From positions 1-47,354 of the IMG/VR virus record IMGVR_UViG_3300009157_000025: DNA of 47,354 nt. One strand, 5' to 3'. How positions within the stretch are numbered: the first letter of the stretch is position 1; every line of letters starts with the position of its first letter. The notes under the pieces are model-generated. The model searched no databases, was not told the DNA's origin, and worked only from the letters and a program-made list of their open reading frames with translations. Position numbers and translations under genes: made by a program. Of this stretch, positions 27,343 to 37,466 are shown one piece after another. Origin of the DNA: a virus. Taxonomy: Duplodnaviria > Caudoviricetes.

Positions 27343-27606
27343 TTAGATGGGGGAATACTGACAGCCCCAACCCTGACCATAGCAGCTACCGTATGGATGA
27401 ACTTCACACTGCCATGTGGGATCAGGATCAAAATCAATATACACATCGACTACCGGCTCTGGTTCACGTTCTGCAAACCAATAAGCAATACCAGTTAAGA
27501 TGAAGTAGCCAGCAACAGTTAAAGCTTCAGACAGTTGCGCAGCCGCAGCTTGAGTAGCAGGAGTGGCTTGTCCTGCGCGTGATGCTAAAACCCATAGGAT
27601 AGGCAT
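27343..27606 (-). CDS. hypothetical membrane protein
   Basis: ORF track; one hydrophobic segment; TAATG coupling. Confidence 0.5.
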   Translation of the reverse strand: MPILWVLASRAGQATPATQAAAAQLSEALTVAGYFILTGIAYWFAEREPEPVVDVYIDFDPDPTWQCEVHPYGSCYGQGWGCQYSPI

Positions 27607-27809
27607 TACTTCTTCTCCTTCTTTTCTTCCGCGAGTTTAACGGCTTCCGACACTTGTTTCCAGTGGCTACTTAATTCCTCATGAAGTTTTTTAGCAGTAT
27701 AAGTTTTATCGCCATCCATTTTAATTTTAAGTAACTGTAAAAAAGCTAACTCTCCAATACTAGGAAGCTTATTCGGACATTTCTTCTTTTCGTCTGGCTT
27801 ATCACTCAT
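27606..27809 (-). CDS. small basic hypothetical protein (start MSDKPD)
   Basis: GGAGG SD upstream of ATG 27809. Confidence 0.55.
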   Translation of the reverse strand: MSDKPDEKKKCPNKLPSIGELAFLQLLKIKMDGDKTYTAKKLHEELSSHWKQVSEAVKLAEEKKEKK

Positions 27810-27810
27810 T

Positions 27811-28161
27811 CTAACCTCCAATACGAATGTTAGTAGGCTTCCCCGGAGTTACGACGAAAGCGAAAACGAAAGGGAGGGACTTATCTGATTCCCCTGCTGC
27901 GTTACCCGCTGTAATAGTAATGTTATGCACCCCCGGAGTGAATGCAGGAATTGGAGTAGAACAAGCAAATGGTGATACTGCACCTGTACAGGTAACTACA
28001 GGGAAAGTAATACCAGTTGTGCTACCATCAGGATAATACTTATAAGTATATGCTTGAGCCTCTGCTAAGTCTAATGCTACCTGATCCCAAGCAAACTTCT
28101 GATTGGAACTACCTACAGGTGCAGGCTGTAATAACGCAAGAATTAAAAGTAACTTTGTCAT
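27811..28161 (-). CDS. secreted fibronectin-III/Ig-like protein
   Basis: N-terminal hydrophobic signal; FAWD...Y.Y...ITA.NAAGES.KS.P. Confidence 0.65.
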   Translation of the reverse strand: MTKLLLILALLQPAPVGSSNQKFAWDQVALDLAEAQAYTYKYYPDGSTTGITFPVVTCTGAVSPFACSTPIPAFTPGVHNITITAGNAAGESDKSLPFVFAFVVTPGKPTNIRIGG

Positions 28162-29600
28162 TGTGGGTATCCAGTGTAAAGTTTTTTGAAGAAGATTGCA
28201 ATCTGACTAACGTTCATAATTTCATCAATTGCTGTAGTATACACACGTAATGCACACTGTTGATCAATGAAATTGGCAAGCGCAAATGGACTCAAATTGG
28301 TCATTTGGAATAATGTCAAATCACCAAATGATTCCGTATTAATAGAATCAAGAGAATGGAATTGCTGATGAGCTAATCCAGTTCCCTTAATACGCATTCT
28401 ACTACCAGTATAGTGCATTACATCAGTTTCTTTATTATCTACAAAGTAAGTAACAAAGAAGGGAGAAGGAATAGCTGCTTCTGTCGTTGAAGTAGTAGTT
28501 CCTGAACGGGTATATAAAGTATCATTAGTAGCATTAATATCTAATTGGTAAATTCCAGATAAATCCGCAGTAGTAACATCTATAGATCCTAAAGGTACAA
28601 CTCCATCAAAAAGGGTAATTGAAATAGATATAGGGTCATCAACTTCATCTGCGGGACAATGGAGAATAATTTCAAAACGCGTCCATAAGATTACCCACGG
28701 ATCATCAGGAAAGATTTCTTTCTCCCCAACAATGACAGATTTTACAATTTCATCATCTTCCTCAACGGGTACTTCAGGATCAGGACGAGTAATTTTAATA
28801 ATATTATCAGGCAGAACTAATGGATCATCAGATGTAATAGCCCAATTAGGTGCCATATACCACTCAACTATCATTTCCGGGTCGGTTGCCTGTAAACTAA
28901 TTCCACCCGCAGAAAGACCATCAATTGTAGCTGTAGGAGGCTGTCCACCAAAATCAAATCTAGATTCTACGTCTGATAGTATTGTTTGAGTAAATCTAAC
29001 CTGAGTGAAATTAGCAATAAAATCAAGATAATCTATATATCCATCTGGAAAATCACCGTGTGGATTAGTTGTAAAATCATATTCTGAATAATAAAATTGT
29101 AATGTCGGTGATGAAGAATTAGAAGCTGATACAGGAGGAGTAGGACCATCAACAACATCGGTAAGAGTGTTAACAAAACTAAAAGCAGTTCTCCAGAATA
29201 CAGTAGATGAAGGAGCCTGAACAATAAATTGTACTCTTATACCAGCAGTCGCGATTCCATCAGAATTAGGAGGAACTTCATTAGCAAATGTAGCAGTAAT
29301 ATCAGATGTAGTTAAAGCCCCTGAAAGCCTCATTCTTACAGTGACTTTTGTTATACGAGCATTAGTAGGAATTTGACTAATAGCCCCCGCAAAATCTATA
29401 TCAGCTCCCCACACACCGGATGCAGAAGCAGAATCCGAATATGTATTATCTCCATCTACATGATAAGCGGGCTCACTGTAACTACCACCAAAATTTGGAT
29501 TAAGTGGAGCTGCTGCAATATCAACAGCATTAACAAATGTAGGGCCACTAATGGCCACAATATTTGTAAAATCACCAAATGTAAATGTAGTAGTAGGCAT
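28158..29600 (-). CDS. virion protein; C-terminal ~135 aa resemble the C-terminal domain of P22 gp10-like tail nozzle proteins
   Basis: SGIYQLD...ND.LY...F.T...R.R.KG.G; coupled to the upstream nozzle gene (inference). Confidence 0.55.
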   Translation of the reverse strand: MPTTTFTFGDFTNIVAISGPTFVNAVDIAAAPLNPNFGGSYSEPAYHVDGDNTYSDSASASGVWGADIDFAGAISQIPTNARITKVTVRMRLSGALTTSDITATFANEVPPNSDGIATAGIRVQFIVQAPSSTVFWRTAFSFVNTLTDVVDGPTPPVSASNSSSPTLQFYYSEYDFTTNPHGDFPDGYIDYLDFIANFTQVRFTQTILSDVESRFDFGGQPPTATIDGLSAGGISLQATDPEMIVEWYMAPNWAITSDDPLVLPDNIIKITRPDPEVPVEEDDEIVKSVIVGEKEIFPDDPWVILWTRFEIILHCPADEVDDPISISITLFDGVVPLGSIDVTTADLSGIYQLDINATNDTLYTRSGTTTSTTEAAIPSPFFVTYFVDNKETDVMHYTGSRMRIKGTGLAHQQFHSLDSINTESFGDLTLFQMTNLSPFALANFIDQQCALRVYTTAIDEIMNVSQIAIFFKKLYTGYPQ

Positions 29601-31111
29601 TAGAAGATATCCGATCCGATGATATCCTCATCAATGGTCGTAACAGCAATAGTATTAACAGGCTGTACGAAAGTCCACTGTTCCCATTGAATATTCTTTG
29701 GATTCATTCCATTCTGCCAGAATCCAACTAATAAATAACGTTCAGGAGTTACAATATACAATCGCTTCTTGACTGCATTGTTAACAATCTGAACATTATT
29801 AAATAAAGTACGATCGAATGATTTCCATAAATCTTCCATCTTCCAACTTAATTCAGGAGTCTGATAACCGCCTGTAAAGAGACTAACACCCTGATAAGTT
29901 GCAACAACAAGAAAATCCACGGATTGTGTAGCACTGTTAAGAAATTGCGAGATACCATGTGGACGTGTTCCTAATGCAGCGTCAACATCTACTAATGGCC
30001 AACTAGCGGGAACATCATCATTATCTGTAAAACTCATCGTTGAATTGGGACGGAATACATATAGAACGTCCCTAAATTCAGCCGCGTTTGATACTGGGAA
30101 TCCGTTAGGTTGAGTGGCTAATAATCCGTCGATTTGATTAATAGCTTCCGGCTCGCCCTGTTCAGATACTAATACGAGATTGAAATCATCGTAAGTCGCA
30201 CCTAAAACTAAGCGTCCATGATATAAAGTTAAAAATGCACCTGCTGGAATCTCCGTATAGTTATCAAACAGATAAGATGCATCTTCCAGTAAATCGGCAT
30301 CATAGAATGAAATATTGTTAAGGAAAGTAGTAGTGTTATCACTGATAGTGCCACCGGGGATAAAGAATAAATCATATTGTTCAGGATTACCGTTATAAGT
30401 GGTAAGTTTCTTAGATGCTACAATATGACGAGCAACTACATTTGTATCACCACTTGTAGGAATGGTACCAAATGAAACTGACTGTCCGGGTAAATTGGTA
30501 AATGTAGTAAGTGATCCCGGTGGACTTAAGTATCCTGAAGCCGTTTCACTGACTACTCCATAAATATGTAATCCTGCATCAGTATGTCCAGCCGCGCCTG
30601 CCGCAACTGTCATACCCGCACCAATACCAGTACCCGCAGCTTTACGTGCAGTTACACCCGCGCCTGCGTATACGTAGAGAAATTCATTATCTAATCCTTT
30701 CTCTACCATTTCTTCGCCATTAGCGAAGGTACCAAAGGGACAGAAATATGCACGTCCACCAAAAGGAACAAATGCAAAATCTGTCATTCCCGTAGTAGAA
30801 AATACAGTATACTGAGTAGTACTATTGACCACATGACTAATAGTACCAGTGGATGTAGCGACATTATAACTTAACACCAATAGACTGTTTTGAGTTAACA
30901 TCGGATAATTATAAATCCGACGAACATTCTGTAAAGGTGTTACAGCGTTAACATCCTGGGATATAATAATACCATCACGAGTAATTACTGACTGACCCTG
31001 ATGGCGCATATTATTAGACGCCTGAAAGTGATCTTCAGGTGTATTTTCCGGATCTCCCCTTTGGAATAATCCGTTAAAATTTGTTATAACTTTGCTATCG
31101 TGATCTCTCAT
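29600..31111 (-). CDS. tail nozzle / head-stabilisation protein (P22 gp10 / T7 gp12-like), N-terminal part
   Basis: NFNGL...P...NM...ITRDG start; YHGRLVL, VSE.GEPE; beta-propeller-like repeats; follows adaptor. Confidence 0.7.
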   Translation of the reverse strand: MRDHDSKVITNFNGLFQRGDPENTPEDHFQASNNMRHQGQSVITRDGIIISQDVNAVTPLQNVRRIYNYPMLTQNSLLVLSYNVATSTGTISHVVNSTTQYTVFSTTGMTDFAFVPFGGRAYFCPFGTFANGEEMVEKGLDNEFLYVYAGAGVTARKAAGTGIGAGMTVAAGAAGHTDAGLHIYGVVSETASGYLSPPGSLTTFTNLPGQSVSFGTIPTSGDTNVVARHIVASKKLTTYNGNPEQYDLFFIPGGTISDNTTTFLNNISFYDADLLEDASYLFDNYTEIPAGAFLTLYHGRLVLGATYDDFNLVLVSEQGEPEAINQIDGLLATQPNGFPVSNAAEFRDVLYVFRPNSTMSFTDNDDVPASWPLVDVDAALGTRPHGISQFLNSATQSVDFLVVATYQGVSLFTGGYQTPELSWKMEDLWKSFDRTLFNNVQIVNNAVKKRLYIVTPERYLLVGFWQNGMNPKNIQWEQWTFVQPVNTIAVTTIDEDIIGSDIF

Positions 31112-31119
31112 GTCAGAAC

Positions 31120-31842
31120 CTAAACGGTAGATTTCGACTTATAACCAGACATAAAAGGCTTACGTCGAATCTGTACATCCTGAGCATCTTTAACATTAAT
31201 GGCTAATAATCTACCTAACGCTCCACCATTTCCATCTTTACCCTCAGCTTCTATATTTAACTGAGCTGAGCGTTCAGGATTTTCACCAATAAATCGTGCA
31301 CATAATGCAGCTGTTTTGAATTCTAAAAAGGTGCGGGAATTCATTACATCAATTGCAGTAGTTGTATCTGTAATGGTATTTACATACCGCTGTCTGATGT
31401 AATCAATCTTCACTTCACGGTCAGTCGTAGCTGCGATAAACTGAATTTCCTGATCTAACCAAGTCCAATAAACAAGTTCGGATACCTGAATACCATCCAG
31501 GTAATGAGGAAGATAATTCCTCTTGTACATTGGAGTATACGGTTCCGACGATCCCGCTAATCTTTCCCATAATTGCTGAATAGCAATAAGATCAGTAGGA
31601 TACGACGGAACCGTAGTTGAATTAGCTACAATAGCCGTGTCGCCCGCAGTAACCGTAACCGCGACCGCAGTTTTTTCCATTACTGGAATTTCACTTAATT
31701 CAAGATGTTCCTGCATCATAGCAAGAGCCATATTGAAATACGGTAACATCGCGGTGTAGGTATATTTAGTCTTAGCCGTATCATTCATTAACGACGCGGA
31801 TAAATCTAAAATATCTGCAACTGTAACGTCCGTTGTAGCCAT
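31120..31842 (-). CDS. head-tail adaptor protein
   Basis: TVADIL.....MND...Y......FN.A; YPTDL; position. Confidence 0.65.
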   Translation of the reverse strand: MATTDVTVADILDLSASLMNDTAKTKYTYTAMLPYFNMALAMMQEHLELSEIPVMEKTAVAVTVTAGDTAIVANSTTVPSYPTDLIAIQQLWERLAGSSEPYTPMYKRNYLPHYLDGIQVSELVYWTWLDQEIQFIAATTDREVKIDYIRQRYVNTITDTTTAIDVMNSRTFLEFKTAALCARFIGENPERSAQLNIEAEGKDGNGGALGRLLAINVKDAQDVQIRRKPFMSGYKSKSTV

Positions 31843-31849
31843 GCTTTAC

Positions 31850-32530
31850 CTACTTTGCGAAAGTAAGGCCCATAGCCTTAGCTTTTTCTGGATCATCAAC
31901 TAACTTACAATTCGGGCAAACTGGATACAGAGGATTCTTAAGTGCTCCACAACCCTTGCAATTAACCATAGCGAAGGACTGGAAATCCTTAACCCACGGC
32001 TTATCTAACGTTAATTCCTTCGCAGCCAATTTCATATCGTCTGAAATCGTTAAAGGATTACCGCTAGTACGTGCCCATAAAGTATCAGCGATTCTAACCA
32101 GTTCTAAGAACCATGCGCGCTGACGGGTATTAGCCTGTTCAAGAAGGGCAAGATATTCTACCTTCTTAAGGTCAGCTTCAGTAACTCTACCCGGAACGTA
32201 GAATACTCCCGGACGCATATCAGCCATATCACAGGCTAATAATCCAACCATCCAATCACGTACAACAGAATGTGCTACTGTAATAGATGAATGTGGAATC
32301 TCTAATAGAGGCTGTCCTTCATCAGTTTCTTTCCACCAACTAGAAGGCCCAACTTCTAAAAGACCTGGCTTAGTAAATCTACCAAAAGGAATTTGAAATA
32401 CACCAGGCTGAATCGTATGTTTCTTTTCTGGTGCAATTACCTTTGGAAAGATTGAGATAATTGTGCTGATATCTAATGGATTGACAGGCGCGCGATTCGT
32501 CTGTCGATTTAGATTTCCTAAAATTGACAT
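31850..32530 (-). CDS. hypothetical protein with C-terminal Zn ribbon
   Basis: CKGCG...VCPNC; GGAG SD. Confidence 0.65.
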   Translation of the reverse strand: MSILGNLNRQTNRAPVNPLDISTIISIFPKVIAPEKKHTIQPGVFQIPFGRFTKPGLLEVGPSSWWKETDEGQPLLEIPHSSITVAHSVVRDWMVGLLACDMADMRPGVFYVPGRVTEADLKKVEYLALLEQANTRQRAWFLELVRIADTLWARTSGNPLTISDDMKLAAKELTLDKPWVKDFQSFAMVNCKGCGALKNPLYPVCPNCKLVDDPEKAKAMGLTFAK

Positions 32531-33093
32531 TAGTGAACTCCCTTTTCATAATTACGAGGAACTACAATTGCTTCACCGTGTGCAAGTGCATCACCTGTAG
32601 CAGTTTCCTCACCAAAAAGCTCATGTTGAATTGCTTCAACTCTCCTAGCAGTTTCTTCTGGATCGTTAGTCTTATCTTTATACTTGGCTAATGAATTATC
32701 CCCATGAATCTTAGCATGAAGAGCATCAATGATGATCTTAGCTACTTCATATCGTGGAGGTAAATAATTCATTTTATTATCAACGAATGACCAGATTGGT
32801 TCATAGGAAATTTTATGAACTGTCATTTCCTTAGCCGCATCCATTTCGCCAATAAAAGATAAACGTTCCAAAATATAACGGTCAGCTGCCCACTGTTTAT
32901 ACTTCGGAACTTCACGAACTTCAGGACTAAGAAGTTCTACTCCTTTGTCGGTATAATGCATCAGTCGTTTTTCATACTGATCATTACTCCAGACAACACG
33001 ATAATTCGGACGATCGGAAGTCATATCAACACCAAACTCTCTACGGAGTTGAATATTAATACGATCCACTTCATCATCCACAGGGCCGCTCAT
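32530..33093 (-). CDS. hypothetical protein in the structural operon
   Basis: ORF track; GGAGG SD. Confidence 0.65.
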   Translation of the reverse strand: MSGPVDDEVDRINIQLRREFGVDMTSDRPNYRVVWSNDQYEKRLMHYTDKGVELLSPEVREVPKYKQWAADRYILERLSFIGEMDAAKEMTVHKISYEPIWSFVDNKMNYLPPRYEVAKIIIDALHAKIHGDNSLAKYKDKTNDPEETARRVEAIQHELFGEETATGDALAHGEAIVVPRNYEKGVH

Positions 33094-33845
33094 TTAGCCT
33101 CCGCAAATGGAGATCCAACCACAAAGTTACCCTTAGCAACATCTCTATCAACTTCGTCCTGAGTAGGCTGATGTTGGGGTAAATAAAAGATGTTCTTCTG
33201 GTCAAACGTACCCGCGGTCATCCACTCACCATTTTCCTGACGTAATGGGAAGATAGTAGCAGATAACATATGACCAACAGGACACTCAAGATCACACCAA
33301 ATCTTATACCCATAAATATCACGAGCGCGATTAAAGAAATCAATATCATCGCACCAATGATCTTTTTCGCACTGTCCCAGACGAATCCACGGAAGATCAT
33401 CTGCCATCTTCTTGAATACGTCAGTCTTGATAAGTGCTGCACCTAATCCAGTATTCTTAACTTCAACAAGTCCTTTAAGACCCGGACGTAAGATACTGAA
33501 ACGGCACGAACCATTGGTATAAGACTCATCGAATAGAATCGGAAGATGTGGATGACTCCTCATAAGATACAGTCCGGTGACAATATCTTTATCATGAGCC
33601 AACAGCTTCTTCAGAATGTCAGGACGTGGAACAACATCATCATCCAGAAAAAGGATATGAGTCATACCATTCTGAATCGCCAACTCAATCATCGTATTAC
33701 GATTACGAGCGGGAGACTGTCCATGTGCAAATGACTGAGCAACTTCCGTATCAGGAATGTTCTTCTCAATCATATTAACATAATCATAGAAATCCGCACG
33801 ACGTGCCATTTCCATAGTGGGAACGCAAATCATTACTCTGTTCAT
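33090..33845 (-). CDS. GT-A fold glycosyltransferase (family 2-like)
   Basis: ICVPT, ARNRN, ILFLDDD, DIVTGLY, TGLGAALIKTDVF, DDIDFF, VGH. Confidence 0.9.
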   Translation of the reverse strand: MNRVMICVPTMEMARRADFYDYVNMIEKNIPDTEVAQSFAHGQSPARNRNTMIELAIQNGMTHILFLDDDVVPRPDILKKLLAHDKDIVTGLYLMRSHPHLPILFDESYTNGSCRFSILRPGLKGLVEVKNTGLGAALIKTDVFKKMADDLPWIRLGQCEKDHWCDDIDFFNRARDIYGYKIWCDLECPVGHMLSATIFPLRQENGEWMTAGTFDQKNIFYLPQHQPTQDEVDRDVAKGNFVVGSPFAEAK

Positions 33846-33856
33846 TGAAATAATTC

Positions 33857-34807
33857 CTAGTAAACGGGGAACCATGCGCCATTTGTAGACGGAGCAGGTT
33901 CAAGTCCATTGTTAATGTAATCCGTAGCTCGTCTAACAGTTTCACCTAAATCTTTTACATTTTTAACTAATACAATCTCCTTGTTCTTTTGTTTGAGTTT
34001 AGCAATTGGGAGATATGTTTCCGATACATACTCCTTTGTTCCGCCAACGGCAAGATCACCTTTTCCTCTAAGCGGTACACCGCAGTTGAAGCAGTGTGCT
34101 CTAATTTGATCTTCAAATGCAGTAATGGGGAGGTTGTACCAGTTATCGGATACAGGTAATCCTGTGTCATTAGCATTATCCATTAACATCGCCTGAGCAC
34201 CTGCAATCTCACAGAAGAATGCACGTAATCCATGACGAGTCTGACAAATCATAGCTGACCACAACTGATTAATGTCACAGTTGTTAATCATCTTAACTTT
34301 ATCTGTATACATGATATTAAGATCGTTCATGGATACATATACGGGGGAATGACCACTATCATACTGACCAATAGGATTACATTCGGGCCAATCGCGCTTC
34401 ATTTCCTCTAATGCTGCCTTATCACAGTGAACATTTAAGTTCGATACAGCAGGATTGAAAGTTTCACGGCATAACGCGCCATGACCCATTAAATTATTAC
34501 TCCATAATCCACGATTTTCAAATGGAATATATTTAGCTAAAATCTCACAGAATACATGAAACTGTGGGTGCATAGTTGGATTACCACCAAAGATTCCAAC
34601 TACACCAAAATAATTACGTAATGATTTTACAGCAGTTTCAAAGTTTTCCTCACTCATCATTACAGGACGGCCGCCAAAGTTAGAACCCTGGGTACAATGA
34701 GTACAGGATAAGTTACACGCACGAGTAATATGAATCTGGATGATACCTCCACGCCAAGTGGGACGTTTATCACCCGGAGCCTTCATATTTGAAAATTCAA
34801 AGTTCAT
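33857..34807 (-). CDS. radical SAM enzyme
   Basis: ITRACNLSCTHC (CxxxCxxC), GGNPTMHP, additional C-terminal Cys (FFCE, CFNC). Confidence 0.9.
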   Translation of the reverse strand: MNFEFSNMKAPGDKRPTWRGGIIQIHITRACNLSCTHCTQGSNFGGRPVMMSEENFETAVKSLRNYFGVVGIFGGNPTMHPQFHVFCEILAKYIPFENRGLWSNNLMGHGALCRETFNPAVSNLNVHCDKAALEEMKRDWPECNPIGQYDSGHSPVYVSMNDLNIMYTDKVKMINNCDINQLWSAMICQTRHGLRAFFCEIAGAQAMLMDNANDTGLPVSDNWYNLPITAFEDQIRAHCFNCGVPLRGKGDLAVGGTKEYVSETYLPIAKLKQKNKEIVLVKNVKDLGETVRRATDYINNGLEPAPSTNGAWFPVY

Positions 34808-35334
34808 AATTCCACCCACCAAATTGTACCACAAGTGTTAACTTTATTTCCAAAAATTTCATTAACCGCTTCAATAACTCCGTGCCATGCATCACAATAA
34901 TCATGTCCACAAAGAAGTCCCTTTTTCATAAGAGACATGGCATGATAAATATCTTTTTTAACTGCTTCGTACTCGTGAATTGCATCAATAAATATCATAT
35001 TAGGGGGGTCAATAATTTTAAAATCTAGGAAGTTCATTCGATTAACTTGAACTTGACCAGACTCAATATAACGTAAGAGATTATTAAAAAAGATTGTATA
35101 TTTTATATTGTCCCCATTTTCAAGTAGGGTACCTTTGTAGATTTGGAATTTACCGTCCCACGGGTCAATGGCATGAATAATACCGCGCGTATTATCTGCC
35201 ATTGCCCGTGTGGATCGGCCGCAGTATGAACCTACTTCTAAGATCAGAGTTGACTTAGCCGCAGATTCGGCAAGAAAGTATAGCTCCTGCTCCGTCATCC
35301 AACCAGTGATTTTAAGAGCAGAAGCTATATTCAT
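34804..35334 (-). CDS. class I SAM-dependent methyltransferase (Methyltransf_24-like)
   Basis: ITGWM, LEVGSYCGRST, IDPW, IFIDAIHEYEAV..D, CGHDY. Confidence 0.9.
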   Translation of the reverse strand: MNIASALKITGWMTEQELYFLAESAAKSTLILEVGSYCGRSTRAMADNTRGIIHAIDPWDGKFQIYKGTLLENGDNIKYTIFFNNLLRYIESGQVQVNRMNFLDFKIIDPPNMIFIDAIHEYEAVKKDIYHAMSLMKKGLLCGHDYCDAWHGVIEAVNEIFGNKVNTCGTIWWVEL

Positions 35335-35678
35335 TATGGGGCAGTCGTAGTCAGAACCGCATACATGGGGAAGTACTTAGCCTGTAAGGGATCATAGACA
35401 AACAGGTTAGGACGATTCAACCACGTAGTACCGTTCGTGATGCTAGCAACAAGAATATTACCCGTCGTTAATGCACCAGCCCAATTCGTAAGTTTCGAGA
35501 TGAGAACTAACGAATGCTGACCACTAACCGGCGGAGTAATAGTCACTAACGCCGTAGTACCCGTAATAAAGGATACATACGACTGTGGAGCAATTGTAGC
35601 AGCTGCGACAAACGTAGCCGGCGCAGGCTGCTGATTGCTCTGTGAGTTCAGGATGTTCTGAAATAACAGATCACTCAT
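35334..35678 (-). CDS. small virion (capsid decoration-like) protein, paralog B
   Basis: AAATIAP...FITGTTA..TITPP...TTGNI shared with 35692..35982. Confidence 0.65.
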   Translation of the reverse strand: MSDLLFQNILNSQSNQQPAPATFVAAATIAPQSYVSFITGTTALVTITPPVSGQHSLVLISKLTNWAGALTTGNILVASITNGTTWLNRPNLFVYDPLQAKYFPMYAVLTTTAP

Positions 35679-35691
35679 TGTTTAACCCCTA

Positions 35692-35982
35692 CTAAGAAAC
35701 TGCGCCAGGATACCACTTATCGTTCTTCTTACTATAAATGAATGCCGTAGCAACACTCGTAGTAAGAGAAACGACTAACTGGATATTACCCGTTGTTAAC
35801 GTTGCAATACCCGCTGCATCTTTCGAGACTAAGAATAGGATTCCGCTAAATCCTGCGTAAGGCGGAACGATAGTCTTGATTGCAGTGGTACCCGTGATGA
35901 ACACTACGTCCGTTTTTGGACTAATAGTGGCAGCCGCGACTAATTCACTTTCACTGAGTTTAGACGTAAGTCCTGGAATCAT
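35692..35982 (-). CDS. small virion (capsid decoration-like) protein, paralog A
   Basis: AAATISP...FITGTTA..TIVPP...TTGNI; GGAGG SD. Confidence 0.65.
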   Translation of the reverse strand: MIPGLTSKLSESELVAAATISPKTDVVFITGTTAIKTIVPPYAGFSGILFLVSKDAAGIATLTTGNIQLVVSLTTSVATAFIYSKKNDKWYPGAVS

Positions 35983-36003
35983 GCCTCCAACCTCCTTATG
36001 ATT

Positions 36004-36213
36004 CTAGGAAACGGTTAACGTGTAATTGCTGCCACTCTTAGTGACAAGCATGGTGGTATAGCCCGCGAAGGTCTTAACTTCACCATTGCGTAAAGTGATA
36101 GACAAACTGTTACCATCGCAATCAAAGGTAAAGTTACGAATATCACTCAACACAACCGCTGTAGCAGTTAAGCCTGGACCAATCTTAGCAGTAACAGTAG
36201 CTGTACTTGCCAT
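36004..36213 (-). CDS. 69-aa Thr-rich virion protein (start MASTAT)
   Basis: ATG one base after the capsid stop; beta-rich. Confidence 0.6.
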   Translation of the reverse strand: MASTATVTAKIGPGLTATAVVLSDIRNFTFDCDGNSLSITLRNGEVKTFAGYTTMLVTKSGSNYTLTVS

Positions 36214-36214
36214 A

Positions 36215-37465
36215 TTAGTACCCCGACGGAACAGCCAAGTTATCGATATACGCAGTAGCCGCAGGATTAGTAACGAACGTCTGCATACCAACTACCATGT
36301 AGAAGATATCAGAAGTCATAACACCACCCGAAGCTGCACGCACTTCGAAAATGCTACGGCCATCAGTCTTATAGAAGCCGATGGGTAACACTTCGCCACG
36401 TCCCCACACATCATCCACAACGAAGTCGATGCGCGTCTTATCCCAGTTATACGAGCACTTAACTGGAGCACCCGCCATCTGCATGTTGTCATTGAAGTAC
36501 ATATTCAGGCCTTCTTCTTTAGCCTGTTTATGGATGATCGAAACTAACTGTCCGATCTCTTCATATGCCTGCTTCTGGCAAGGATGCGTCCACGCATTCG
36601 GATTGAAATCATTATCGATACCAGTACGATTACCAATCTTGTTAATAGCAAGACGGGCAAACGGTAACACTAATCCCGAAGAATTAGCATTAACACGGTT
36701 CGACAGGATTTCAGGCGTCGTATTACGCGCGAATCCTAACCACGTACCAGTGGTAGAATTCGAGTGATGATACGGAACACCATACAGCGCAGGTAACGAA
36801 GCAGGTGCAGTAATACCAGCAGTAACAATAACGTCACCAGCAGTAGTAGCAGCAATTTGCGGCGTAACCGTCACAGTCTTGTTTTCAACGTCCCAAGAAG
36901 TAATGGTACCACTACCCTTGTTAGTTGCCAACGTAGTATCAAACACCTGCACCGTCTGACCATAACGCATCAAACGTACACCGAAACCATCGGTAGTACA
37001 TAAGAAAACGCTAGAGCCACCAGCAGGAGTATCTGAAGTAATCGTACCGATTACACCAGTACCCGGCTGCATTAACTGACTGTCTAACTGACGACGTAAT
37101 TCGTCAATAGCAGTAGCAGTAAGACGCCGCACAGCATTAACAATAGCCTTCCGATCATCATCGGTAGACCACTGAACTAACTTCGTGTATTCAATGTTCT
37201 CGCTGACGAATACAGAACTAAGCACAGCCTTATCGAAAGTCGGGCCGCCGCCACGTCCTAAATCGCCACCGTTTGCATCAAAGTACTGGAAGCTACCACC
37301 GGGACGAATTTCTAACGGAATACGCATCTGTCGAGAACTAATCTTCTCAACATCACGCTTCTTAATGTTAGAATAAAACTTATCGTCCCGCTCAAACAAC
37401 ACTCGAACTTTAGGGATAACCCTTTCAAGTTCTAATGCTGTAACATTAGATTCAACAACTGCCAT
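36215..37465 (-). CDS. major capsid protein
   Basis: 416 aa; follows portal and scaffold; HK97-like ending (NPAATAYIDNL); biased codon usage. Confidence 0.85.
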   Translation of the reverse strand: MAVVESNVTALELERVIPKVRVLFERDDKFYSNIKKRDVEKISSRQMRIPLEIRPGGSFQYFDANGGDLGRGGGPTFDKAVLSSVFVSENIEYTKLVQWSTDDDRKAIVNAVRRLTATAIDELRRQLDSQLMQPGTGVIGTITSDTPAGGSSVFLCTTDGFGVRLMRYGQTVQVFDTTLATNKGSGTITSWDVENKTVTVTPQIAATTAGDVIVTAGITAPASLPALYGVPYHHSNSTTGTWLGFARNTTPEILSNRVNANSSGLVLPFARLAINKIGNRTGIDNDFNPNAWTHPCQKQAYEEIGQLVSIIHKQAKEEGLNMYFNDNMQMAGAPVKCSYNWDKTRIDFVVDDVWGRGEVLPIGFYKTDGRSIFEVRAASGGVMTSDIFYMVVGMQTFVTNPAATAYIDNLAVPSGY

Positions 37466-37466
37466 A

